In this document: piece by piece, positions 39,106 through 52,600 of the stretch
Layout: every line of letters starts with the position of its first letter
Position numbering within the stretch: position 1 is the stretch's first letter
Assembly (NCBI GenBank): GCA_965112155.1
Contig: OZ218098.1
Strand: one strand, 5' to 3'
Source: Podarcis liolepis
Taxonomy: Eukaryota
Length of the DNA: 64,000 bases
Translations under genes and position numbers: made by a program
Notes under the pieces: model-generated
Seen by the model: only the letters and a program-made list of their open reading frames with translations
The model's database searches: none
What the model was told of the DNA's origin: nothing

Positions 39106-42100
39106 TTATTATTTATACCCCGCCCATCTGGCTGGGTTTCCCCAGCCACTCTGGGTGGCTTCCAAAAGAATATTAAAATACTATGATACATCAAACATTA
39201 AAAGCTTCCCTAAACAGGGCTGCCTTCAGATGTCTTCTAAAAGTCTGGTAGTTGTTGTTCTCTTTGACATCTGGTGGGAGGGCGTTCCACAGGGAGGGCG
39301 CCACTACCGAGAAGGCCCTCTGCCTGGTTCCCTGTAACTTGGCTTCTCGCAGTGAGGGAACCGCCAGAAGGCCCTCGGCGCTGGACCTCAGTGTCCGGGC
39401 AGAACGATGGAGGTGGAGACGCTCCTTCAGGTATACTGGACCGAGGCCGTTTAGGGCTTTAAAGGTCAGCACCAACACTTTGAATTGTGCTCGGAAACGT
39501 ACTGGGAGCCAATGTAGGTCTTTCAAGACCGGTGTTATATGGTCTCGGCGGCCGTTCCCAGTCATCAGTCTGGCTGCTGCATTCTGGATTAGTTGTAGTT
39601 TCCGGGTCACCTTCAAAGGTAGCCCCACGTAGATAGCAAGGTACTGATTAGCAGGGGCATAACATGTGACTCTGTCGCCTGTTGTGCACGGGCTGGGGGT
39701 AGGGGGAGTTCACCCCACCGGTCCAGCCCTTGCCGCCAACGTCTGTTTCAGGGTGCACTCATGCTGCCCAGAAATGTAAGCAGTTAACATTCAAAGCCTG
39801 TTTTCAATAAGTGAGCAGGGAGGAAGGCAGCAACACAAGAATTTGTCTTTTCTGCAGTGGCTCTTCTCCCAGGGCTTTGAATAATTAAACAATCTATGGC
39901 CTTTTTAACCGGGGGGGGGCTATTTTGTTTGTTTGTTATTATGGTATATATTTTTGTGGTTTTATAGTGGAAACCACCCTATGATAGTTGGGTGAAGGGC
40001 AAATAATTTAATATATAATAATAATAGTCTGGACTAAAGCTAATGCAGAAGGAACAGCTGAGCAAAGCTGCAAAGAGGCTCAGTTTGGAGTGCTATTGCC
40101 AGTACCTAAATGCTAGGGAAGGGTTCACTGATGGGATGTGTGTTGGGAGGTATGCAGCTCTCCTGCAAATGTTTTTAACCCGCTTAGAGCATGCCCCCCA
40201 GCAGATGAAAAGGATGGACTTTTATTAGCAGCAAAAATGTTTGCGAGAAACACCCTCCCTCTGTTTTGTCTCAGCCTTAAGGTTCAGTGGTTTCATGTTA
40301 TGGCAGGTTACTAAATGTTTGTGTTTCTTTGCAGGAAAAATATATTACTGTGACTAATCTGAAGTCTTCCAGTAAAAATCTTAATATTCAGGATACACAT
40401 CTTCAAGGGATGGTTCTGGTTCATGGAACAGGAGTAACAAATACTGTTAAAGAACATCAAGATCCACAATCAGTTTTTCAACAAATGTTGCAACTTAATC
40501 ATGTTTTTCAAAGCACACAATTGAGTCAAAAGATATCAGAAAACTTTGAAAGCAGGGTCATAGATAAGACTTCATGGGACTCACCTGAGATGATGCGAAA
40601 AGAGAATAACAGCTTGGAGCTCCAAATAAGTCTTCCTTTAACACCCTTTTCAGAAGTTGATGGCTCTGCAAGCCTGTGTTCAGATTCCTCAGTCCTACAG
40701 GGAGACATTGCAGGGTTGTCGGAGTGCCCAATTTCCTATTCTAATGGCAGTGACGATACTACAGCATATCTCCTTCAGTCTCAACATTCCAGTCTCCACA
40801 TTGCAGCCTCGGCAATCCCAGAAGCAACTGACTACAATGGTGCGCAAGAAAATATTTCAGTAAGTGATTATTCTTTAAACACACATTATTTTATTGCTGA
40901 GTCATGTGCCTTCAGCCGTTCCCATGGAAACAAGAGGAGTAAAGAATAATAGGTACCGTGTCATAGTAGCCAGATTTGATCATTTCATCATGAACTCCAG
41001 GCAGTAAAGTAAAGGTAATTATGGTCAACGTTGCAGTGCCCTTTAATAATTGTATGTAAGTGACTAGCTTTTTGAAAAGTAAATGTGGTTGCTTTGAAGT
41101 GAGCAATGGATTGGACTTATTCTTAGAGAGATCTAACCCACTGTGAGAAATATTTTAGTATCGTATTTTAACATAAGACCACTTTTTTCAGTCCTTAATG
41201 TAATGGTGGCAGTTCAGAGGTCTCATCTAGATCCTCCAAGATCCTACCAAATCCTGGTGACCAAAGACAAAAACTGAAGTAGACACAATGCAGGGGTAGG
41301 AGGGACGCAAATCAACTCCCTCCAATCATCAGATTGAGCGTTTGAGCAGAGAAGGGGTGATAACTTCTTCTTTGGCGATCACTTGTAGCTGAGTAAGATT
41401 GTCTTCCATGAACATGGTCTTAACAGTGAGTCCGCAAGTGACCACAATGGGGACAAAGGTTTCTGGGCGGGAGTTGATCATGGTGAGGGGTTTGCCAAGC
41501 ATGCCTTCCTCTTAGCGCGTTTCTCCCTTTCATCCTGAGTTCAAGTATCTTCAAAGTCCATGACATCTTGGTAAGGCTGTTCTCCAGTTGGAGCGCTCGC
41601 AGGCCAGCGTTTCCCAATTGTTGGTGTTTATACTACATTTTTTTAGATTTGCCTTGAGAGAGTCTTTAAACCTCTTTTGTTGGCCACCAGCATTACACTT
41701 TCCATTTTTAAGTTTGGAATAGAGTAGTTGCTTTGGAAGACATCTGGCATCCACACAACATGTTGATGTTGAAGAATCATTGCTTCAACGCTGGTGATAT
41801 TTGCTTCTTCCAGCATTAGTTCGCCTGTCTTCCCAAGTGATATGTAAAAAAATTCAGAGACACGGTTAATGGAATCTTTCAAGGAGTTGGAGATGGCATT
41901 TATAAGTGCTTCAAGTTTAACAAGCCTACAGTAAGGTATAGCTTTGTAAACAAGCATTTTGGTTTCCCTGTGAATGTCCCAGTCCTCAAACACTCTGCAC
42001 TTCAATCAGGAGAAAGCTGCACTCGCAGAGCTCAGGCAATGCTGGATTTTAGCATCAGTATCGGCCCTTGTGGAAATATAACTTCACAGGTAGGAGAAGT

Positions 42101-43061
42101 AATTGACACTTTCCAACATTACATCATTGAGTTAGATTTGTGGCGCTTCAGAGGGGTTCTTTTGTGCTTGTTGGTGCAGCACTTTGGTTTTTTGGATTTT
42201 GAGCAATAGGCCAAGCTTTTCATAAGCCTCTGCGAAGATATTTAGGATGGTTCGGAGGTCATTATCTGAGTGTGCATACACTACGTTGTCATCAGCATAT
42301 TGAAGCTCCATGACGGAAGTTATGGTAACCTTACTCTCTGTTTTCAGCCTACTCAGATTAAAGAGCTTTCCATCTGTTTGATATATGATTTCTACCCCGG
42401 TGGGGAGTTTCATTTCGACAATGTGTAGGATCATGGCCATGAGAATATTGAATAAAGTTGGTGCAATAAACAACCCCGTTTAACACCTGATCCCACTGTG
42501 AATGGTTCACTTTGAGAGCCATTGCTATCTGCGATTTTGCTGTCATATTATCATGGAGGAGCTGAAGGATGTTCACAAATTTATCTGGGCAGCCAATTTT
42601 CAGGACAGTCCACAGGGCATTATGATTTACAGTGTTGGAAGGCCTTAGGTCAATAAACGCCATATAAAGAGGTTGGTTTTGCGCTCTGCATTTTTCTAGA
42701 AGCTGTCGAGCAGTTAAAATCATGTCTACTGTCACGCTAGAGGGTTGAAAACCATTTTGGGATTCAGGAAGTGTAGCCTTGGATATAGTTAGGAGACTAA
42801 GATCCTTGCAATAATTTTGCCAGCCGCAGCTAATAAAGAGATGCCTTGATAGTTTCCACAATCTGTTCTATCATCTTCTTTTTAAAAGGTTGGTAATTTA
42901 GGCATCCCTAAAGTCTGCCAGGATCTTCTCTCCCAGATTTTTTCGATGACCTTGTGAAGTTGTTATGTAAGTTCAAATCCGCCCACTTTGAAAACTTCCG
43001 CAGGTATCCCACCAGGTCTTCTGGCTAGGGAAATTCAGCCAGATGGGCAGGGCATAAATAA

Positions 43062-43099
<38 letters not shown>

Positions 43100-43629
43100 C
43101 ATTCATTCATTCATTCATTCATTCATTCGGTTAATAGCTATACACAACTCTCCCAGATTTGGAGATACTGCAATTTCAGCTCTAATTTGCTTTTGCGGAA
43201 TTTGTGACAGGACCTCAGCAGCTATGGGGCAGTTGCAGTTAAGGAGATGCTGGTAATGTTCTTTATGGTAATGTTCAATTTAATAGCTTCTTTATCTTTT
43301 ACAAGTGTGGTATCATCTGTTGAGCGTGGGGGGCTTATACCATAGTTTATTGGCCCATAGATGGTCTTTGTGGCTTTAAAGAAACACTGCACATCATGAG
43401 TGTCAGTTAAGTGCTAGATCTTTGAGCTTTTTTTATCCACCAGTTGTTCTTTAGTTCTCTGGTTCTTTGAATCTCAGCCTTAGGGGAAGGAGGGTTGCAG
43501 TTGAAGAAAAACTGTATGGGGGGATGAGTCTCTGCATTATATCCTTAGAAAAAATATTTGTGCAACTTTTAGTTCAACTTGTAGTTCTAAAGTAATATAC
43601 CAAGTTTTCCTTGCTGCCTAGTGCGCGCG

Positions 43630-43684
<55 letters not shown>

Positions 43685-46600
43685 CATCTGATCTATCTTT
43701 CTTGCATTATCTTTGTTGCATTAGCATTGGCATAGCACACCCTCCTCAACTGATCTGTACTGTCCGCTATGTGTCTGTGTGTGTGCACACATGTTGAGTG
43801 TGTGTGGCACCGCCCACTTTTGGCCACCACTTACGTATGGCCCCTGGGTGGATGCACCACTTGAACCAAAAAAGGACCAGCCACACCTTTATTGAGGGAT
43901 GTAGTGGAGAGAGCATGTGAGTCACAAGAGCATCCCTGACAGAGCAAACCAGCACTTCATTTGGTCCAGCTTTGTGTTTTCCACAGTGACCAAACCAGTG
44001 GGAGCTCAGAAACAGAGCTGAAGTCAAGGCCTTCCCCTGCTCTCAAGCAAAAAAAAAAAGAGTGAATAGCATTTGCTTTGATCGGAATCCATTCACTGGT
44101 TGGGTATGATCTCCTCCAGTGATGAGGCAGGAGAGCATAGAATTCTGGGAGGCAGTCGTGTCTGCTCTGATTTTTCTTTCCTGCCTGGGATGAAGGAGTC
44201 CGCAGAGCCTTTTCTCCTCCAAGTCTCCTATGAGCGGTCATTATACCTTTCTGAAAGGTACTCCCCTGGAGGAGTAGAAGAGCAGGAAGGCGTGGAAATA
44301 AAACATTTCACTGCTGCTTGCTAAATCTCTTCCTTGCTCTAAGGCAGGCATCCCCAAACTCAGCCCTCCAGTTGTTTTGGAACTACGATTCCCATCATCC
44401 CTGACCACTGGTCCTGTTAGCTAGGCATGATGGGAGTTGCAGTCCCAAAACAGCTGGAGGGCCGAGTTTGGGGATGCCTGCTCTAAGTGGTTGAGTGACC
44501 AAGGAAGCCAAGGATATATTAGTGATTTAAAACTAAGCATGACTTGGGAAAGAAACTTGCTCTCAGCATTTTCCCACAAGGAAAGGCCAGTGATTCTCTC
44601 CCATCTGTTCAGAGCCCCGGAATGCTCAGGGATGCTGGAGAAACTTACTGACCTAGTATTTCCTTATGATGCGGGCCCATTTCTCCCCCAAACAGACTTG
44701 TCTAGCATCATATTTTTTCCATCTCTGCTATGTTGTCCACTGTCAAGCATAGATACAATAAACACTAAGAAAAGGAGGCTTATTTTCCTCCGCTAGGACT
44801 GCAGAACCTGGATAACCAAACACAGGAGAAGTTGGGCAGGGAATGTTCTTTGTTCTTTTGCTCTTGTTATTTTTGTTTTTGGCCATGTGGACAAGGGTGC
44901 TGTATAGTTCTGTATATTCTGCATATTTTTGTGTTTGTTATGAAACTTAATAAAAATTATATTTAAAAAAGGAATGTTTCCAGTTCCCCCACCACACTGA
45001 AGGCAAGACTCTGCACTATTACCCTTCCCTAGACTTCTGAGTGGCTGGGCTTCTTCCTGATCAGGAGGGTATCATTTGCAAATCCATGGTGGCCAAACAT
45101 ATTCTGCAATTAATATCAAATTCGGTAACTTTTTTTGTATGTGGTATATATTCAAGTGTGCGTATGGCCTCCTATACATACACGGGGCTCCTTTTAGTGG
45201 AAAATTCAGTGTGATAGGATTTGTTGTGCCTGGTTTGTCGTCTGGTAGTAAAACAGTGAAAAAAACGAAAGCTGTGTTTTGGTGGGCACCAGAATGGGGG
45301 CAAACCTGTTCCGTCAGCACTGATGCTGAGATCGCCTATCTCAGTCGTGTCCTTGAAGGGGCTGTGGGTTTCTTTAAACATCAGTGCTTTCCTTCAAAAT
45401 ACTAAATAGTGTGGGATTTGTTCGTTCCTGAGTGCTGGTAATATTTTTAAAACATAAGCTGCAATTTATATTTATGATTCAGTATTCATAACTAATATAA
45501 TAGATGTGCAAAATGTATTGTGAGGTGTAACCCTAAAAGAATTAGCACACTTTTACATGTATTAGACGAGGGTTGTTTTTTACTGTAAAAGAATGTTAAA
45601 AATGATTTATGGGGACTGGCAATTGGTTGTCAGCTGCGATTGGGTGGGAGAATGGAGTCTGCTGCAAGTGTTGCTGTGGATTGGCTGATGCTGCTGCAGT
45701 CGGGCGTGCAAATGCCGGCTTTTGTTGGCTTGCCTGCAGACACTGTTGCTTCTTCTGCATGTGTGTTTTTCGGCATTCCCCGTCCAAAATACATCAATAG
45801 CTGTAAGCATCCCACCCCCCAAAAAGCTCAACAACTGGGCCATCTCCCCCCATTGTCTAAAATTGTAGTCCCCAAAAATAGGGGTTGTGTTATACAGGGC
45901 GGGGTGTGTTATACACGGAAAAATAAGACATTGTTATTCATTCCTGTGGAAAACATAAAGTAGAATATGTACGTCCATTGTTGCTGTAGGGGACTTGTTA
46001 ATGAAGCTAGGACTTCATTGTATTTTTGTATATTCATTTCTAAATAGGTTAGAGATGCTGAAGGCTTCACTCTGTTGCAATCCAAGCTGCAAGATGATCT
46101 AAAATCAACGATGTCCAGACGTGAGGGTGCAAGCACTGAGTATGGCAGCAGTGAGTTAATGAATTCATGCTATAAGTGATTTCAGTGGGCATGCTCCAAT
46201 GTGGCTTGGGCTCCTGGGATTTACCTTGGGTCACTTGGAGAGCATGTCTTAGGCATGCAGACTTCCCCAACAGGTAGAGATTAACTACTAAATTGGGGGT
46301 ATCCTGTACTTATTTCCGCAGGAGACTTCCCTGGTCCCATGAAATAGAGCCACTCTCAAGCCTTGTCACTTGGAGGCTAAGTGATTTTGAACAAATTTTA
46401 TTCTTAGAATCTGAAACAATAAAAAAACAAGCTAAAATGATAGCTTGAGCAATGAAAGCCGGCTGACCAATAACCTATGGAACTTTTTTCTATAATATAA
46501 AATCTTTGAACTTGCCTACTAAACTGGCCTCCTGCCAACCTAGCAGTTCGAAAGCACAAAAATGCAAGTAGATAGATAGGTACCACTCTGGTGGGAAGGA

Positions 46601-49600
46601 AAATGGCGTTTCCGTGTGCTCCTCTGGTTCGCTAGAAGTGGCTTAGTCATGCTGGCCAGATGACCCGGAAGCTGTACGCCGGCTCCCTTGGCCAATAAAG
46701 CGAGATGAGCGCCACAACCCCAGAGTTGTCCGCGACTGGACCTAACAGTCAGGGGTCCCTTTACCTTTACTAAAGGTGGGGAAAGTCATTATTTGGTTGA
46801 AGAACTCATCAGGAGTGTTATTTACCATTATTTCTTTAAGCTAAGTAGAGTTTGTATTCAGTGGTACCTTGGTTCAAGGACAGCTTAGTTTATGAACAAC
46901 TTGGATTAAGAACGCTGCAAACCCAGAAGTAGGTGTTTTGGTTTGTGTACTTTGCCTTGGAAGCAGAACATGTTCTGCTTCCTGTTTGTGTTCCATTTGT
47001 AAATTGAGTCCGCCGCTGCTATGGGAAAGCACACCTTGGTTTAAGAATGCTTTGGTTTAAGAATGGACTTCCGGAACGGATTAAGTTCATAAACCAAGGT
47101 ACCACTTGCACTTTATCTTTTGTCCTGTTCTCTTCACCCATAGTATTCATGAAGATCCTGGTAGCCCTAGTTGCACTGATCAGATATGTGAGAATGAGCA
47201 TCTACCCACAGTCTTGAACCCTTTGGATCTAAATAAAAAAAAAATCCTTCCTGTAGCACCTTAAAGACCAACTAAGTTAGTTCTTGGTATAAGCTTTCGT
47301 GTGCATGCACACTTCTTCAGATACACAGAAGTGTGCATGCACACGAAAGCTTATACCAAGAACTAACTTAGTTGGTCTTTAAGGTGCTACAGGAAGGATT
47401 TTTTTTTTTTTTTGACTATGGCAGACCAACACGGCTACCTATCTGCCTTTGGATCTAGTACCCTTCTTCCCCCCCCCCCTCCAATTGCCTCCTGGACACA
47501 GCCAGGACAATCCAGACTCTATGGCACACAGGTTCATCGTCATGAAGAGCATTCTGATGCCTTGACGGTTTCTACTTTACCTAGCAGAAGTCCTCAGTGC
47601 ACTGTTGAACAAGGTCATCATCTCTGGATTGGCAAAGTGCAGTACACAGCCTGGTATCTTACCTTAATAAGATGATAGGATGTGCCAAAAGTATCTAGCC
47701 ATTCTTCTGGGAATGGTGATAAGTCAATGCTAGGCTAGATGATGTTACAGTTTGGTGGATTTGTAGCTGGTTGACTGACCAAACCATAGTCATATGAACG
47801 TTCTTGCCGTTTTGTTTTTCAGATACTAGTTCAGATTTAGTTCTTCAGCTTCATCAGGAAGATCCAGAAACTATTTTACACCAAGATAGCAAGATCATGA
47901 CTTATCTGCAGTGCTTTGGAATTGTTCCAGATATCACGGAATCAGCAAGAAAAGAAAGAGACGTGTTTTCACAACAGTTGAAGGTAATGTGGGTAAGGAA
48001 ATTGTTGGGCAACTTGAAGCTCATCCAGACTTCCTTTTGTGCTGTGTTTCAGGCTTTAAAGCTCAGTGTCTGAGCAATGGGTTTTTTTTGTCCCAGCACT
48101 TTTCTTGGGAAACTCTGCATTTTATAGCTGAATCAGAGCAAACAGCAATTGGGTTTTCCACATTTGCCATTTGTTCCACTTTAGTAGCAAAATGTGGGTT
48201 TTCCTGGGGAAAGCGCAGAGACAAAAACAACTGCTAAGACATAGAGCTTTAAAGCACAAACCTTTGCCTGGAAAGCCCAGCACAAAAGGAAGTCTGGATG
48301 AGATTGTACTATATGTGTACCACAATTTTAAATGGAAATAAAAATATTTAAAATACTGTGTGACATATTCCTTGGTTGATTTGAATAAATGACAGAAAAG
48401 GTCTCCTTTTTCCTGGCAGACTAGCCCTACAGTCACTGCTGGGCAACCCCTGAAGGGAAGCTCTATGATTCATTTGAATGCTTCCCCCTTCCTTCTTTCT
48501 CAGCATCTTATCGGTTCTGTTTTTCCTGACAGCTCATTCAGAAGTCCTTCTCTCCTCTATGTAACATACTAGCTATGTAACATACATGCTATATAGAGAC
48601 AGGAAAATATTTTGTTATCTGTGTTTGGATGCTTCTCAAGATAACATTGCAAAACTTGGCACAAGGGTTGCTGGGGTGGGGAGTTTTGTTGATATTTGAA
48701 TGCTGGCCACCATTTTGAATCAGCTATTTTGAATCAAGCATGTTTTACTCTTCCAGTTAGAGAGAAAAGAGGCACAGTGCCAAGCTCCACTCTCTCTGGT
48801 GCACGTCCATTTGAATCTCTTCACAAGTTGGAGTGCAAAATTTGGAAACATGGTACCAGTAAAACAGGAATTTTGAGAGATTCCATGCTTTAGCAAAATT
48901 TGTCTTCCAAAGAGATATTGAAGTAGTTGAAATCTCCCATTAGTAATAACTCTTCCTTGCATGAAAAATCTGTTATTTGTTTCAGGAAAGCATCATCCAC
49001 ATCCTCTCCTTATTTTGGTGTCTGTGCTAGACAGTGACAGTTATGTTATATTTCTTTCTCCTGTTTAGTTTTGCCCAGATGCTCTCTACAGTAGTAGCTG
49101 TATTGGATTTCTGTGCAGCTCTTTGGTTTTTAGGCCTATCATGCTACTCTGCCTCACTTTCTCTTGCATTTATACTTTTGGATCAAGCTGTGTCCTTCAT
49201 TTGCTACATTCCAGTCATGAAGGTCATCCCATCAAGTCTCTATCAAGTCATATTTACTTTTCTGTTACAGATTTTCATGGATTTATTTCCTACATTCTCT
49301 ATGTTAGTGTGTAATCAAAAGCTACATATGTTCCTAGAAAACCAACAGTGATTCACGAAGGTGCCTTGCCGAAATGTTGGTGGGACTGTTCTCTATCCAG
49401 TACCTACCTACATATGTGGTAGGATTGTGCTAAGATCCATCTTGGATAATTCGTCTACTAAATCCAGTTGATCATGTATTGGACTCTATGTTTCTTATGT
49501 AATATTTGCCAGTTGCAGTATGGATTTTGTTTCCTTTGAAGAACTTTGCTGCAGTGTCTATATTTAGGGTGGTGCCCCGCAAGACGAATGCCTCGCAAGA

Positions 49601-52600
49601 TGGAAAACTCGCTAGACGAAAGAGTTTTCCGTTTTGGAGGTGCTTCACAAAACAAATTTCCTGTGGGCTTGCTTCGCAAGACGACAATGTCTTGCGAGTT
49701 CCTGCTGGTTTTTTTCCCTTCCCCCCCCTTTTTCTAAGCCGCTTATCAGCTGATCCGATCAGCAGATAAGCCGCTAAAAGCCGCTAATAGCGCTAATCCG
49801 CTAATCCTTCAATGGGCTTGCTTCGCAAGAAGAAAAAACCGCTAGACGAAGAGAATCACAGAACGGATTCTTTTCGTCTTGCGAGGCACCACGGTATTTT
49901 CAAACTGCAGAACAGTTTCAAGTGTCTTGAGGACTGTGGGCTACCTGTTATCATCAGCTTGACGTATTTTGCTTCCTTCTCAGAATGTGTTGAAGATGGT
50001 ATCTGAAGAGAGCTACAAAATACTGGTTTTGTCAGAACAATCTCTGCCTCATAATGATAAAAAAAATGTACAGAAATCTCCATCAAAGGAGGGGTGGCAA
50101 AAAGAGAGTCTAGCCTTGCTTGATACAGTTCAGTCACTGAAGGATTACCTCAACAAAGTACCAGATAAAGAAGACAAGGTATACAGATATCTTTATAATT
50201 TTACTTGAGTTAGAGACCATTAACAACAGCTGCAACTACAGTCATACCTTGGTTTTCAAACAGCTTAGTTCTCAAACATTTTGGCTGCCGAACGCCGCAA
50301 ACCTGGAAGTGAGTGTTCCTGTTTGTGAACTCTTTTTGGAAGCTGAACATCTGATGGGGCTTCCGATTGGCTGCAGGAGCTTCCTGCAGCCAATCAGAAG
50401 CCGCACTTTGGTTTCCGAATGTTTTGGAAGTCGAATGGACTTCCGGAATGAATTCTGTTTGACTTTCGGGGTACGACTGCTTGGTGATTTCTAAAAAGCT
50501 GAGTTCTTGCATCCCAGTCAATTCAGAAGGAGTCTGGCAAAGGAAAATTCTGTAGAGACAGATGGGGACAACTAGTCCTTCTAAGGCAAACAGTGCTAGT
50601 GCAATTCCTCCTTAGGTGAATTGGATCATAAAATTAGCATTTCCACCTTGGGGCAGATGTGGGCACTTCCATTTATGGCTCGCTAAGAATATATATGGTA
50701 TGTCAAGGCATGCTGGCATGTTAGCTGTTCCGCCCATTTACCTAATGGCGCAGGGGATGCAAGAGTGCTATGGTTTGATTAGGTATCTGTGGATTAGTGG
50801 AAGGTCTTTCATTTCTGCAGAGAAACCATGAAAAGAGCAGCAGCACCAAAAGTATAGATTGGTGTTCCTTTTTGGTAGGTGGATTTGATTTAAATCAGGT
50901 GTTGAACTTAAATTGATTATTTGAAAGGGCCAATTTTATATTATTTAAATCAAATTTCCCATTGATACTTTATATATTTCTTAAACAATAGTGCAAATTT
51001 GACAACTAAACCTTATAATTTTAGCCAAATAAAATATTATTTACACTCTGAAAAAGAGTTATTTGTCACACAGTATACATTTTGCATACTTTTTTACCTA
51101 TAGAGGGAATGTCTTTAAAATATTTGAATACAGAGTTTAAGTATAATAATTCCAGAACGCTGAACACTGGACAATTTTTTTTCCTTTCCTGTTTTACATC
51201 ATTCTGCTTTGCTCTATCTTAGACCAGCCTCACCCTAACACACACGCAAAAAGAAGCAAAATGAAATGTCTGGCAGTTACAGGGAAGAGAAGTGCCCTTT
51301 GTTTTCATTAGGTGAAAGTGAAATGCTAATGTTTGATAGGTAAAATATGTATAAACATATTTGAGAAATCATCAGATTGGTTCTTCATATACATAGAAAG
51401 GGACGCTGGTGGCGCTGTGGGTAAAACCTCAGCGCCTAGGACTTGCCGATCGCATGGTCGGCGGTTCGAATCCCCGCGGCAGGGTGCGCTCCCGTCGTTT
51501 GGTCCCAGCGCCTGCCAACCTAGCAGTTCGAAAGCACCTCCGGGTGCAAGTAGATAAATAGGGAGCGCTTACCAGCAGGAAGGTAAACAGTGTTCCGTGT
51601 GCTGCGCTGGCTCGCCAGTTGCAGCTCCGTCACGCTGGCCACGTGACCCGGAAGTGTCTTCAGACGCCGCCGGCTCCCGGCCTATAGAGTGAGATGAGCG
51701 CACAACCCTAGAGTCTGGCAAGACTGGCCTGTACGGGCATGGGTACCTTTACCTTTTATACATAGAAAAGCCTCTTTCAACTTAATGTATGTGATAGAAA
51801 TATTGATTCAGTTTAGAGTTAGTTGTGGGACTAACAGGTTTTTATTATGACTATTTAATATTAATAGTTATTTGTTTTTTCTCTCTTTCTCGTGTATTTA
51901 TTTTTGTTTAGATTAGTTTGTTTTTTGTAATGTATTATGAAAAATATCAAAACTTTTTAAAAAAGTTTTCCAGTCTTGTAGAAAATGGGAATTGTGATTT
52001 ATTGTTGATTATCCATCCTGTCTTGTAGGAAAATACGCCTGCTTTTTTTGACTGGAGAGGAGACCTACTTCAAGCAGTCCAGTGTGTGTTGGAAAAGGAG
52101 CGAAACATGTTACAAAGCTACTTACAGACACATTTTTGCAATCCTGGATCTGGAGACGAAGGATCATTAATAGAAAAGCTGGAACATATAGTGGAACAAC
52201 AAGTATGAGGATTTTCCAGTGGTTTACTATGTAATATTCGCCTTTTTTAACGTGTGATATTTTACTGTATTTTTGGTTTTTATGGAAGCCGCCCAGAGTG
52301 GCTGGGGAGGCCCAGCCAGATGGGCGGGGTATAAATAATAAATTATTATTATTATTATTATTATTACTTCTGAAATCGGGACAAGAAATGCATCCTGCTA
52401 GATATTATTATTATTATTATTACCACCACTCTGGGTGGCTCCCAACAAAATATTAAAAACACAATAAAACATCAACCATTTAAAACTTCCCTGAACAGGG
52501 CTGTCTTCAGATGTCTTCTAAAGTCAAATAGTAGTTTATCTGTTTGACATCTGATAGGAGAGGCACCTCTACAGAGAAGGCCCTCTGCCTGGTTCCCTGT

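Noticed and set aside
47327-47356. Hammerhead on the + (PCNT sense) strand
   Set aside because: It lacks the CUGA of the catalytic core and the 5' strand of stem I
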